Assembly (NCBI RefSeq): GCF_000981785.2
Contig: NZ_CP011304.1
Location: forward strand, 1,650,001-1,682,000
From: Microcystis aeruginosa NIES-2549
Lineage (GTDB): Bacteria; Cyanobacteriota; Cyanobacteriia; Cyanobacteriales; Microcystaceae
Reading direction: 5' to 3'
Length of the DNA: 32,000 nt
The notes beneath the pieces were generated by a model that was not told where the DNA came from, ran no database searches, and was given only the letters and a program-made list of their open reading frames with translations. The translations under genes were made by a program, and so were the position numbers. Positions within the stretch are counted from its first letter, which is position 1. Each line of letters opens with the position of its first letter. Positions 1 through 9,015 of this stretch are shown here, one piece after another.

Positions 1-712
1 CGTTGAAAGTGCCGCTAATTTCTGGGCGATCGAGACAATAGATAATTAAATTAATTAAATCATCCCGATGAATCCAAGAAAACCATTGACGACCGCTGCC
101 AATCGGTCCGCCGGCAAAAAGTTTGAAGGGTGGGATCATTTTCGCCAAAGCACCCCCATTGCCTAAAACAATACCCGTGCGGAGAATGACTAAACGAGTG
201 CCGTAATCTTTAACTTTTTGGGCGGCTGTTTCCCACTTTTTACAGACATCTGCCAGAAAATCGCCACCGGGAGGGCTATTTTCGTCAAAACTAGCGGTTT
301 CACTGGTTCCATAGTAACCGATCGCCGAGGAGTTAATTAAAACTTTCGGTTTCTGGGCGGCTAAGGCGGTCGCAACGCGCTCGCTACGCGAGATCGCCTC
401 GACAATTTTCTCGGTGCCGATTTGCCGACTAGCGACGATTGCCTGTTTTACTTCACCGCTCCAGCGTTCCGAAATCGGTTCCCCCGCTAGATTAATCACC
501 GCGTCACATCCAGAAATCTCTTTTTGCCAATCCCCCGATTCTGTGGCGATATAGGGAATAATCTCTATCTTAGGATAGATTGACTTTGGGTAAATTCTCT
601 GGGTTTTATCGGGATTGCGCGTCAAAATTAGGATGTCATCGCCGCGATCATAGAGTTTGACCACCAATCGACTACCCACAAATCCCGTCGCCCCAGTAAT
701 CGCTATTTTCAT
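1..712 (-). CDS. NAD-dependent epimerase/dehydratase family protein, YfcH/TIGR01777-like (N-terminal ~237 codons; gene continues past window start)
   Basis: Minus-strand ATG at 712-710. Hand translation gives [38 protein letters not shown] (Rossmann GxxGxxG), and later [19 protein letters not shown]. The frame stays open to position 1. It is absent from the ORF track because it is truncated. Confidence 0.8.
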   Translation of the reverse strand, partial: MKIAITGATGFVGSRLVVKLYDRGDDILILTRNPDKTQRIYPKSIYPKIEIIPYIATESGDWQKEISGCDAVINLAGEPISERWSGEVKQAIVASRQIGTEKIVEAISRSERVATALAAQKPKVLINSSAIGYYGTSETASFDENSPPGGDFLADVCKKWETAAQKVKDYGTRLVILRTGIVLGNGGALAKMIPPFKLFAGGPIGSGRQWFSWIHRDDLINLIIYCLDRPEISGTFN

Positions 713-757
713 GGTTTCTTGACTAAATTTATCCTTATTTTAGCTGGTTTTTAACTA

Positions 758-845
758 TCAGAACTCAGGAGTCAGGAGTCAGAAGTCAGGAGATTATTTT
801 TATTTATTCTCCCTACACCCTACACCCCATCATCCCACTTCTCAC
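758..845. repeat. Tripartite intergenic repeat: (TCAGRAG)5 heptamers, an AT spacer, then a C-rich CCCYACA run
   Basis: tcagaac tcaggag tcaggag tcagaag tcaggag at 758-792, then attatttttatttattct, then ccctacaccctacaccccatcatccc. The same layout and spacer recur at 16829-16938. Confidence 0.75.
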
Positions 846-1201
846 TTATCCTGATACCCCATACCGTTGGCTGCCGCGTAACGATTCATAAAGCGCATAA
901 AACGCTCCCAGTGTTCATCGGTGATTTCAAAACCACATTCTACCCGTTGAATTTCATCCCCTTCATCTCCTCCAAAAATAAACTTAGTCGAGTTGGGAAT
1001 AACTGTAATCACTCCTTCCTCATCGGTGAGACGGAGATCGCCGTAGGTGCGGGTGGTGAAACTTTGGAAACGTTCGATCGCTTTCAGGGTTTTAAAAGTC
1101 ATCAGGACATTGCGAATCCCGGTACTTTTATTTTGGCGGAGACTAACACCGCTTAATTCTTCTGATAAACCGACAAAAAACTCGATCGTGGGAGTGGTCA
1201 T
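842..1201 (-). CDS. psb28: Photosystem II protein Psb28 (Psb28-2-like paralogue)
   Basis: 119-aa ORF. Its length and the motifs IEFFVG...SGVSLRQNKSTG...ECGFEI..EHWERFMRFMNRYAAANGMGY fit Psb28. The N-terminus looks more like the second paralogue than Psb28-1. Confidence 0.85.
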   Translation of the reverse strand: MTTPTIEFFVGLSEELSGVSLRQNKSTGIRNVLMTFKTLKAIERFQSFTTRTYGDLRLTDEEGVITVIPNSTKFIFGGDEGDEIQRVECGFEITDEHWERFMRFMNRYAAANGMGYQDK

Positions 1202-1306
1202 AGGTGTGGGTATAAAATTTTAGTTATTGATTTTCTCTTAATTACTTTGGACGGGAGAAAAGTAGTTCATGACTACTAATAAAGTAACCATGAACCGAAA
1301 AACAAG

Positions 1307-1420
1307 CTATTCCGCTTCTCCACCTTGGATTTTGAGGAGGAGAAAACCCCAAGCTAATCCGACGAGGACGAGAACGATCGCCACGATCGGCCCATTAAAT
1401 AACATACTTTCTGCGGTCAT
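1307..1420 (-). CDS. petM: Cytochrome b6f complex subunit PetM
   Basis: Hand-found ORF below the track cutoff: [37 protein letters not shown] (37 aa, one TM helix). It matches the remembered PetM signature MTAESML...GLAWGF..K.QG. ATG at 1420-1418, TAG at 1309-1307. Confidence 0.85.
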   Translation of the reverse strand: MTAESMLFNGPIVAIVLVLVGLAWGFLLLKIQGGEAE

Positions 1421-1714
1421 GGTGATTGCTCCTGAGCCTAGAATAATCGATCAATGGTATTTTAACCTACGAAGGCGATCGACTGCTGCTGGACTAGGGC
1501 AAAATTGAGGGAGAAAATCGGCCAATAACTTTGAGAACTTTCCTAGTATATATGTTCTGGCTATGCCGCCCCTCTCCTCAAGGAAGGATGCTCAACCCCA
1601 TGCTAGATATTTTTAATACTATCTTTATATTTGCCGTCGCCACTTTGTGTTAGGGTCTTATCTGCTTAATTCTCCACTTATACTAGAAAAATTAAGTATT
1701 GATAACTATTGGTG

Positions 1715-2236
1715 ATGACTGGTAAAAAATCCTTTATGCTCAAGATCAAGTTAATATTATTTTTAGGTTTGTTGCTGCTGAGTTGTCAATTGACTAATCT
1801 CAATGGTAATAATAGTTCGACGGCTCAGATTACGATTGAGAATCAAGGGCAAATATTACCGATCACGGCCAAAGCAGATATTAATGGTCAGATGATTGAG
1901 TTAGAAGTGGCTAAAACCCCCGAACAACAGGCCAAGGGTTTAATGTATCGCTCGTCTTTGGAGAAGAATCGCGGTATGCTATTTCCCTTTGCACAACCTC
2001 TGATGGCACGGTTTTGGATGAAAAATGTCTCGATTCCTCTAGACATGATTTTTCTAAAAGATGGTATAGTAAAAGCAGTTTTGCTCAATGTCCCTCCTTG
2101 TGCGGTGGATCCTTGTCCTGTCTATGGTCCAAATACCATGGTTAATCAAGTGATCGAACTAGCTGGGGGTCGAGCCAAAGAATTAGGAGTGAAAGAAGGA
2201 GATAAAATTAAGATTGAGTCTATCTCAAGACCTTAA
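1715..2236 (+). CDS. DUF192 (COG1430) domain protein, probable lipoprotein
   Basis: Track ORF 1709..2236 begins at TTG; ATG 1715 or ATG 1736 is more likely. The signal peptide MLKIKLILFLGLLLLSC has a lipobox-like LLSC. The core GLMYRSSLEKNRGMLFPF...FWMKNVSIPLDMIFL is the DUF192 pattern. Confidence 0.7.
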   Translation: MTGKKSFMLKIKLILFLGLLLLSCQLTNLNGNNSSTAQITIENQGQILPITAKADINGQMIELEVAKTPEQQAKGLMYRSSLEKNRGMLFPFAQPLMARFWMKNVSIPLDMIFLKDGIVKAVLLNVPPCAVDPCPVYGPNTMVNQVIELAGGRAKELGVKEGDKIKIESISRP

Positions 2237-2587
2237 TTTTTGAAAATGGTTTTAACTTTCTTATGGAAAGTGTACCTTGTCCGGAAGTATGAGTATGGCT
2301 TTTATCAGCTATTACGCATTTATACTGTTTAAAATATAACCATATCGATTAAGATTTTTATAGTCTATCAAATGATAGATTGAATAATCTTTACCCTTGC
2401 TATAGATTAAACAGAGACAAAATTCTGCTCGATCTAACGGGACTATCTTAAGAGAGCCAGCGATTTTTAGGAAAGCACTCTCTATCATCGGGATAGCTTA
2501 GATACAGAGAAATAACCGTCCTTGAAACCGATCAGGTGGTGTTTTGTTAAAATCACGAGATGTACTATTGAGGAAAAAAATACCCCT

Positions 2588-2782
2588 ATGTCCACGATTG
2601 CCTATTCCCAATTCCGACAATTTCTGCAAGAGGAATTGTCCCTTCCCCAAGAATCGATCGCTATGGCCGAGCGCTCGATCCAATCTGATAAAATTCATTT
2701 ACCGATGATTCTCTGGCAGTACGGTTTAGTGACCTTGGAACAATTAGATAAAATTTATGATTTTCTCGAAGAGGTAGTCTAA
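2588..2782 (+). CDS. Small cyanobacterial protein, DUF2949-like
   Basis: ATG 2588 gives 64 aa, MSTIAYSQFRQFLQEELSLPQESIAMAERS...LPMILWQYGLVTLEQLDKIYDFLE. The family name is recalled from memory. The track extension 2522-2587 has no support. Confidence 0.5.
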   Translation: MSTIAYSQFRQFLQEELSLPQESIAMAERSIQSDKIHLPMILWQYGLVTLEQLDKIYDFLEEVV

Positions 2783-2889
2783 TCTTACAATTGTTCACTA
2801 TTGACAAGGAGAATAATTGCCGTGGCTACTCATAGTTTCTGGCACAGTTTGAAAATTCCCATCCTAAAAACTACCAATCATCACCCGAG

Positions 2890-2916
2890 AAGTGGGTTAT
2901 TTAAACCCACTTTTTT
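2890..2916 (+). terminator. Rho-independent terminator candidate
   Basis: aagtgggtt-attta-aacccactt (9-bp stem) runs into a T-tract at 2911-2916, downstream of the DUF2949-like gene. Confidence 0.5.
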
Positions 2917-2958
2917 AATAGCTATACAATTGAGAATTATCGATTAACTGCTCAGTCC

Positions 2959-3855
2959 ATGAAACCCCATGACCAATTTGCCAAAAATTACCTTGAACAA
3001 TTACTTTCTCCCCTGGGAACCGTCGAAATCAGTAAAGAAGTCAGCGATGAAACCCGACAGATAGATTTATTTTTTTCCCCCAATCCCGAACCCAACCCCG
3101 ATTATCTGGGATTATTAGGAAGAATTGTCCTTAATACTGTCTTAATTGAACCCTATCGCAATCCTCCCAACCGGAGCGAGATTCGTAATTGTTTAGCGAA
3201 ACTTTTGACGATTTTGGCCGAACTGCAAAGACAAGCTAAACGGGAAAATCAGAGTTACAATGAAGACAATGCCCCTCGTTTGTGGATTTTATCCCCTTCC
3301 GCTAGTCTGACTCTTTTAGAGAGTATTGGCGCAAAATTAGACCCAGATTGGCCAGAAGGAGTCTATTTTCTTCCCTCGCTTTATCGCACGGCAATTATCG
3401 CTATTAATCAATTGCCTGTGACTGCTGAGACTCTCTGGTTAAGATTATTAGGACGGGGAAAAACTCAAAACCAAGCGGTGCGAGAATTGTTAGAATTACC
3501 TCAAGGTAATGCTTTTCGGGAAAATGTACTGGAATTATTAATTAGTTGGCGGGTTACTATGGAAATAAATAACATCCTAGAAACTGAAGATAGAGAGGTG
3601 TTTATGACCTTATCTCAAACCTATCAGGAATGGAAGGAAGCAACTAAACAGGAAGGAATCGAACAAGGACTAGAACAAGGACTAGAGCGCGGACTAGAGC
3701 GCGGACTAGAGCGCGGACTAGAGCGCGGAAAACTAGAGGCTAAACTGGAATCTATTCCCCGTTTGCTGGCCTTGGGTTTAAGTGTGGAACAAATCGCTCA
3801 AGCTTTAGATTTAGACTTAGAACAAGTCCGACAAGCTATTCAAGAAACTCCATGA
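2959..3855 (+). CDS. Rpn/YhgA-like putative PD-(D/E)XK protein, tandem copy 1 (298 aa)
   Basis: N-terminal HDQFAKNYLEQLL, ETRQIDLFF and VLIEPYRN resemble a degenerate nuclease-core pattern. The C-terminus has (E/R)QGL/ERGL repeats followed by IPRLLALGLSVEQIAQALDL (HTH-like). The stop TGA overlaps the ATG of copy 2 (ATGA at 3852-3855). Confidence 0.6.
   Translation: MKPHDQFAKNYLEQLLSPLGTVEISKEVSDETRQIDLFFSPNPEPNPDYLGLLGRIVLNTVLIEPYRNPPNRSEIRNCLAKLLTILAELQRQAKRENQSYNEDNAPRLWILSPSASLTLLESIGAKLDPDWPEGVYFLPSLYRTAIIAINQLPVTAETLWLRLLGRGKTQNQAVRELLELPQGNAFRENVLELLISWRVTMEINNILETEDREVFMTLSQTYQEWKEATKQEGIEQGLEQGLERGLERGLERGLERGKLEAKLESIPRLLALGLSVEQIAQALDLDLEQVRQAIQETP
3661..3732 (+). repeat. In-frame dodecamer array, 6 units (gaacaaggacta x2, gagcgcggacta x3, gagcgcggaaaa) encoding EQGL/ERGL
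   Basis: Counted directly from the sequence. Arg is always cgc in this copy. Confidence 0.9.
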
Positions 3856-4688
3856 AACCCCATGACCAATTTGCCAAAAATTACCTTGAACAATTACTTT
3901 CTCCCCTGGGAACCGTCGAAATCAGTAAAGAAGTCAGCGATGAAACTCGACAGATAGATGTATTTTTTTCCCCCAATCCCGAACCCAACCCCGATTATCT
4001 GGGATTATTAGGCAGAATTGTCCTTAATACTGTCTTAATTGAACCCTATCGCAATCCTCCCAACCGGAGCGAGATTCGTAATTGTTTAGCGAAACTTTTG
4101 ACGATTTTGGCCGAACTGCAAAGACAAGCTAAACGGGAAAATCAGAGTTACAATGAAGACAATGCCCCTCGTTTATGGATTTTATCCCCTTCGGCTGGTA
4201 TCACTGTTTTAGAGGGATTTGGGGCAAAATTAGACCCAGATTGGCCAGAAGGAGTCTATTTTCTTCCCTCGCTTTATCGCACGGCAATTATCGCTATTAA
4301 TCAATTGCCTGTGACTGCTGAGACTCTCTGGTTAAGATTATTAGGACGGGGAAAAACTCAAGACCAAGCGGTGCGAGAATTGTTAGAATTACCTCAAGGT
4401 AATGCTTTTCGGGAAAATGTCTTGGAATTATTAATTAGTTGGCGGGTTAGTATGGAAATAAATAACATCCTAGAAACTGAAGATAGAGAGGTGTTTATGA
4501 CCTTATCTCAAACCTATCAGGAATGGAAGGAAGCAACTAAACAGGAAGGACGACAGGAAGGACGACAGGAAGGAAAACTGGAATCTATTCCCCGTTTGCT
4601 GGCCTTGGGTTTAAGTGTGGAACAAATCGCTCAAGCTTTGGATTTAGACTTAGAACAAGTCCGACAAGCTATTCAAGAAACTCCATGA
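3852..4688 (+). CDS. Rpn/YhgA-like putative PD-(D/E)XK protein, tandem copy 2 (278 aa)
   Basis: Near-identical to copies 1 and 3 outside the repeat block. The repeat block here is RQEGRQEG. The stop overlaps the start of copy 3 (ATGA at 4685-4688). Confidence 0.6.
   Translation: MKPHDQFAKNYLEQLLSPLGTVEISKEVSDETRQIDVFFSPNPEPNPDYLGLLGRIVLNTVLIEPYRNPPNRSEIRNCLAKLLTILAELQRQAKRENQSYNEDNAPRLWILSPSAGITVLEGFGAKLDPDWPEGVYFLPSLYRTAIIAINQLPVTAETLWLRLLGRGKTQDQAVRELLELPQGNAFRENVLELLISWRVSMEINNILETEDREVFMTLSQTYQEWKEATKQEGRQEGRQEGKLESIPRLLALGLSVEQIAQALDLDLEQVRQAIQETP
4542..4577 (+). repeat. In-frame dodecamer array, 3 units (caggaaggacga x2, caggaaggaaaa) encoding QEGR
   Basis: Counted directly. The unit differs from those of copies 1 and 3. 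Confidence 0.9.
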
Positions 4689-5563
4689 AACCCCATGACC
4701 AATTTGCCAAAAATTACCTTGAACAATTACTTTCTCCCCTGGGAATCGTCGAAATCAGCAAAGAAGTCAGCGATGAAACTCGACAGATAGATGTATTTTT
4801 TTCCCCCAATCCCGAACCCAACCCCGATTATCTGGGATTATTAGGCAGAATTGTCCTTAATACTGTCTTAATTGAACCCTATCGCAATCCTCCCAACCGG
4901 AGCGAGATTCGTAATTGTTTAGCGAAACTTTTGACGATTTTGGCCGAACTGCAAAGACAAGCTAAACGGGAAAATCAGAGTTACAATGAAGACAATGCCC
5001 CTCGTTTATGGATTTTATCCCCTTCGGCTGGTATCACTGTTTTAGAGGGATTTGGGGCAAAATTAGACCCAGATTGGCCAGAAGGAGTCTATTTTCTTCC
5101 CTCGCTTTATCGCACGGCAATTATCGCTATTAATCAATTGCCTGTGACTGCTGAGACTCTCTGGTTAAGATTATTAGGACGGGGAAAAACTCAAGACCAA
5201 GCGGTGCGAGAATTGTTAGAATTACCTCAAGGTAATGCTTTTCGGGAAAATGTACTGGAATTATTAATTAGTTGGCGGGTTAGTATGGAAATAAATAACA
5301 TCCTAGAAACTGAAGATAGAGAGGTGTTTATGACCTTATCTCAAACCTATCAGGAATGGAAGGAAGCAACTAAACAGGAAGGAATCGAACAAGGACTAGA
5401 GCGAGGACTAGAGCGAGGACTAGAGCGAGGACTAGAGCGAGGAAAACTAGAGGCTAAACTGGAATCTATTCCCCGTTTGCTTGCTTTGGGTTTAAGTGTG
5501 GAACAAATCGCTCAAGCTTTGGATTTAGACTTAGAACAAGTCCGACAAGCGGCGCGAGAGTAA
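4685..5563 (+). CDS. Rpn/YhgA-like putative PD-(D/E)XK protein, tandem copy 3 (292 aa)
   Basis: Same protein again. This is the only copy with the terminal ...VRQAARE* ending instead of ...VRQAIQETP*. Confidence 0.6.
   Translation: MKPHDQFAKNYLEQLLSPLGIVEISKEVSDETRQIDVFFSPNPEPNPDYLGLLGRIVLNTVLIEPYRNPPNRSEIRNCLAKLLTILAELQRQAKRENQSYNEDNAPRLWILSPSAGITVLEGFGAKLDPDWPEGVYFLPSLYRTAIIAINQLPVTAETLWLRLLGRGKTQDQAVRELLELPQGNAFRENVLELLISWRVSMEINNILETEDREVFMTLSQTYQEWKEATKQEGIEQGLERGLERGLERGLERGKLEAKLESIPRLLALGLSVEQIAQALDLDLEQVRQAARE
5387..5446 (+). repeat. In-frame dodecamer array, 5 units (gaacaaggacta, gagcgaggacta x3, gagcgaggaaaa)
   Basis: Counted directly. Arg is always cga here, versus cgc in copy 1. 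Confidence 0.9.
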
Positions 5564-5583
5564 AGGTGGAGAGTTAAAACGCA

Positions 5584-5616
5584 AAAATGCCACAATGGAT
5601 AAAATAGGCATTTTTC
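5584..5616 (+). terminator. Weak terminator candidate after the tandem array
   Basis: aaaatgcc (5584-5591) pairs with ggcatttt (5607-5614) across a 15-nt loop, followed by a T-run. The AT-rich stem makes this only moderate. Confidence 0.35.
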
Positions 5617-5635
5617 TGACTAACTGACATCTTCT

Positions 5636-8260
5636 ATGAGTAACCACCTAAGCGGAAGCGAGATTCGCCAGCGATTTTTAGACTTTTTTGCGGCCAGAAA
5701 CCATAAAATTCTCCCTAGTGCCTCTCTAGTCCCAGAAGACCCCACCGTTTTGCTGACTATTGCGGGAATGCTCCCTTTTAAACCGATTTTCTTAGGGCAA
5801 AAGACCCCGGAATTTCCCCGCGCTACCACTTCCCAAAAATGTATTCGCACCAACGATATCGAAAATGTCGGCCGGACTGCTAGACACCATACTTTTTTTG
5901 AGATGTTAGGCAATTTTAGCTTTGGTGATTATTTTAAAGAACAAGCGATCGCCTGGGCCTGGGAATTGTCCACAGAAGTTTTTAACCTTCCCCCCGAAAG
6001 ATTAGTCGTTAGTGTCTTTAAAGAGGATGAGGAAGCTTTCGCTATCTGGCGCGATAAAATCGGCATTCCTGCCCATCGTATCCAAAAAATGGGCGAAGCG
6101 GATAACTTTTGGGTATCGGGTCCCACGGGTCCCTGTGGTCCCTGTTCGGAAATTTACTACGATTTTCACCCGGAATTAGGGGATAAAACCATCGATTTAG
6201 AGGATGATAGCCGTTTTATCGAGTTTTATAACCTCGTCTTCATGCAGTATAACCGCGACGCGGACGGCAATCTGACACCCCTAGCGAATAAAAATATCGA
6301 TACGGGGATGGGTTTGGAACGGATGGCGCAAATCCTGCAAAAAGTCGGCAATAACTACGAAACTGACCTAATTTTCCCGATTGTCGCCGAAGCGGCCCGG
6401 TTAGCAGCCATAGACTACCAGAAAGCGGATGAAAAAACGAAAGTTTCCCTAAAAGTCATCGGCGATCATGTGCGTTCGGTAGTACACATGATAGCGGATG
6501 GTATCTCAGCATCGAATAATGACAGAGGTTACGTCCTGCGTCGTCTGATTCGCAGAGTAGTACGGCACGGGCGTTTAATCGGTATTGAAGGTCAATTTAT
6601 CACCAAAGTGGCGGAAGTTGCGATCGCTCTTTCCGAGTCCGTCTATGGCAATGTTCGGGAACGAGAAACGGTGATCAAGGCAGAATTAGAGCGAGAGGAA
6701 GCGAGATTTTTAGAAACCCTAGAAAGAGGCGAGAAACTGCTCGAATCGATTCTAGAAAAAGAAAAAAGCCAGATTTCGGGAGTCGATGCCTTTACCCTTT
6801 ATGATACCTATGGCTTCCCCCTCGAACTCACTCAAGAAATCGCCGAGGAGCAGGGTTTAAGCGTCGATACGGCGGGTTTCGAGCAGGAAATGAAAAAACA
6901 GCAGCAAAGATCAAAAGCCGCCCACGAAACCATAGATTTGACGGTACAGGGTAGTTTAGATAAGCTGGCGGAACATATTCACCCGACGGAATTTCTCGGT
7001 TATACAGATTTGCAAGCAACCGCAACAGTAACGGCGGTTTTAGTCGCTGGTAAAACGGTGGAATCGGCCGCAGCAGGCACTGAGGTGCAGGTAGTTCTCG
7101 ATAAAACCCCTTTTTATGCCGAATCGGGTGGACAAATCGGTGACAAGGGTTATTTAACTGGCGATAATCTGCTTATCCGCGTTGAGGATGTGCAGAAAGA
7201 ATCGGGGATTTTTATCCATTTTGGTCGGATTGAGCGGGGAGTCGTCACCACCGGCGATACAATTAATGCTCAGATCGATCGCTCCTGTCGTCGTCGCGCT
7301 CAAGCTAATCATACCGCCACCCATCTGCTACAATCAGCCCTGAAAAAGCTTGTCGATGCCGGGATTTCCCAAGCGGGTTCCCTCGTCAGTTTTGAGCGCC
7401 TCCGTTTTGATTTTAACTGTCCTCGTCCCCTGACTAGCTCTGAATTGCAACAGGTGGAAGAACAGATTAACACTTGGATTGCCGAAGCGCATGACACCCA
7501 GATAGCGGTGATGGGATTGGAAGAAGCGAAGCAAAAGGGAGCTATTGCCATGTTTGGCGAGAAATACGGCTCAGAAGTGCGAGTTATCGATATTCCTAGC
7601 GTTTCTATGGAATTATGCGGGGGAACTCACGTTAAAAATACCGCCGAGATCGGTTTATTTAAAATCATCTCCGAGACGGGAATCGCTGCGGGAATTCGTC
7701 GCATCGAAGCGGTGGCCGGCCCTGCCGTGTTAGCATACCTGAATGAACGGGATCAGGTGGTACGGGATTTATGCGATCGCTTTAAGGTCAAACCTCTGGA
7801 AATTCCCGATCGCATTACGGCCCTACAATCGGAGTTAAAGGGGACACAAAAGCAGTTAGAAGCGGTTAAACAGGAGTTAGCACTAAATAAATCGGATGCT
7901 TTGCTATCTCAAGCTGAATCTATCGGCGAATTTAAGCTATTAGTCGCTTCTTTGGGCGATATTGATGCTAATGCTTTGATGGCCGCAGCCGAAAGACTAC
8001 AGCAAAAATTAGGGGAAGGGGCAGTGATTTTGGCCTCGACTCCCGCAGCTGATAAAGTGAGTTTAGTGGCCGCTTTTAGTCCCCGGGTGATTAAAGATAA
8101 GGGTTTACAAGCGGGTAAATTTATCGGTGTGATCGCTAAAATCTGCGCTGGTGGTGGTGGTGGTCGTCCCAATTTAGCTCAAGCTGGGGGACGGGATGCT
8201 AGTAAGTTAAGCGAAGCTTTAGCTAAGGCCAAAAGTCAGTTAACTAGCAGTTTACAATAG
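5636..8260 (+). CDS. alaS: Alanine--tRNA ligase
   Basis: 874 aa. Motifs seen: [27 protein letters not shown], the HTATHLL and CGGTHV editing-domain zinc motifs, and a C-terminal [14 protein letters not shown]. Confidence 0.97.
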   Translation: MSNHLSGSEIRQRFLDFFAARNHKILPSASLVPEDPTVLLTIAGMLPFKPIFLGQKTPEFPRATTSQKCIRTNDIENVGRTARHHTFFEMLGNFSFGDYFKEQAIAWAWELSTEVFNLPPERLVVSVFKEDEEAFAIWRDKIGIPAHRIQKMGEADNFWVSGPTGPCGPCSEIYYDFHPELGDKTIDLEDDSRFIEFYNLVFMQYNRDADGNLTPLANKNIDTGMGLERMAQILQKVGNNYETDLIFPIVAEAARLAAIDYQKADEKTKVSLKVIGDHVRSVVHMIADGISASNNDRGYVLRRLIRRVVRHGRLIGIEGQFITKVAEVAIALSESVYGNVRERETVIKAELEREEARFLETLERGEKLLESILEKEKSQISGVDAFTLYDTYGFPLELTQEIAEEQGLSVDTAGFEQEMKKQQQRSKAAHETIDLTVQGSLDKLAEHIHPTEFLGYTDLQATATVTAVLVAGKTVESAAAGTEVQVVLDKTPFYAESGGQIGDKGYLTGDNLLIRVEDVQKESGIFIHFGRIERGVVTTGDTINAQIDRSCRRRAQANHTATHLLQSALKKLVDAGISQAGSLVSFERLRFDFNCPRPLTSSELQQVEEQINTWIAEAHDTQIAVMGLEEAKQKGAIAMFGEKYGSEVRVIDIPSVSMELCGGTHVKNTAEIGLFKIISETGIAAGIRRIEAVAGPAVLAYLNERDQVVRDLCDRFKVKPLEIPDRITALQSELKGTQKQLEAVKQELALNKSDALLSQAESIGEFKLLVASLGDIDANALMAAAERLQQKLGEGAVILASTPAADKVSLVAAFSPRVIKDKGLQAGKFIGVIAKICAGGGGGRPNLAQAGGRDASKLSEALAKAKSQLTSSLQ

Positions 8261-8264
8261 TGTT

Positions 8265-8296
8265 AAGGGTGGGCATTTTGTCCACCTTTAAAAAAT
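8265..8296 (+). terminator. Terminator candidate after alaS
   Basis: aagggtgg...ccaccttt forms an imperfect hairpin with one bulge, 5 nt after the alaS stop. It is followed by an A/T-rich stretch rather than a clean T-run. Confidence 0.4.
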
Positions 8297-8394
8297 TAGT
8301 TATCCTCTCGGTGTGATTGGTAAAAATAATATGGAACTACTGATCAAGAATTTGGGGTCAATTAGAAATAATAATCAAGCTATAGATTTAATGG

Positions 8395-8670
8395 TTATTG
8401 GTGCGCTTCCATATAGGCTCGAAGCAACTGATTGATCTGTGTTTGATAGCCTTTTCCCTGAGATTTAAACCACTCGAATACATCATTATCAATGGAGAGA
8501 GTAACTTCAGCTTTGGCCTTGGTTACGGGGACACTTCGCAGCACTACGGATTTAGCAAACATTTCAGGTGTAATTTCTGGACAGTCTGACAAATCAATAT
8601 CTTCGTCGCTCATTGCGTCTAATCGTTGCCAATCAGTTTGAGAGTTGCTTAAAGTAGGTTCGTTGTTCAT
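8395..8670 (-). CDS. brnA: BrnA-type antitoxin
   Basis: ATG 8670 gives 91 aa, MNNEPTLSNSQTDWQRLDAMSDEDIDLSDCPEITPEMF...YQTQINQLLRAYMEAHQ. It lies directly 3' of, and overlaps, a BrnT-like frame. The track start at 8736 would lie inside that frame. Confidence 0.75.
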   Translation of the reverse strand: MNNEPTLSNSQTDWQRLDAMSDEDIDLSDCPEITPEMFAKSVVLRSVPVTKAKAEVTLSIDNDVFEWFKSQGKGYQTQINQLLRAYMEAHQ

Positions 8671-8908
8671 ATTTCGTTGCCTTTCTTGCAGAAATAATAC
8701 GAGTGTAATCCTCACGTTCAGTATGGACAACGGCAATAATTCGCCCTTTTAGTAAACCCAATGTAACAAAACGCTGCTCTCCATAATCGAGACGATCATC
8801 TTCAACCGTTAAAAGGTCCCCATCGAAAACGGCGGGAACATCGGCTAAATCTATACCGTGTTTAAGAAGATTAGTAAGTCGTTTTGCTTCATCCCATCAG
8901 TATTCCAT
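8633..8908 (-). pseudogene. brnT: BrnT-type toxin gene with an in-frame TGA at codon 4
   Basis: Hand translation from ATG 8908 gives MEY*WDEAKRLTNLLKHGIDLADVPAVFDGDLLTVEDDRLDYGEQRFVTLGLLKGRIIAVVHTEREDYTRIISARKATKYEQRTYFKQLSN*. The consensus BrnT N-terminus is M.(F/Y).WDE.K...N..KHG. The TGA is at 8899-8897. I saw no ATG/GTG/TTG shortly downstream in frame. Confidence 0.75.
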
Positions 8909-9015
8909 AACTGAACGACTGTTACAACTTTCAATTAATAGTCATTATCAACACATTTAGACTCTCATTGTCATATTATAGACTTAGTTAAGAGAATTAT
9001 TAGAGAACCTTAACC

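Noticed and set aside
1269-1508. 79-aa plus-strand ORF from the track
   Set aside because: It is the antisense shadow of the well-supported petM gene (1307-1420, minus strand) and has a low-complexity basic sequence.
2312-2488. 58-aa minus-strand ORF (MIESAFLKIAGSLKIVPLDRAEF...) in an AT-rich spacer, vaguely like the tail of a PIN domain
   Set aside because: It has no clear motif, no partner gene and no start context. The resemblance is too weak to call.
5620-8172. Several 60-97-aa minus-strand or out-of-frame ORFs inside alaS (5620..5913, 5929..6126, 6828..7025, 7309..7551, 7334..7534, 7545..7733, 7909..8172)
   Set aside because: All lie within the strongly supported alaS frame and have low-complexity composition. 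They are shadow ORFs.
8671-8736. Upstream extension of brnA (MPLSILNVRITLV...)
   Set aside because: It lies inside the BrnT-like reading frame. ATG 8670 gives a typical BrnA length.
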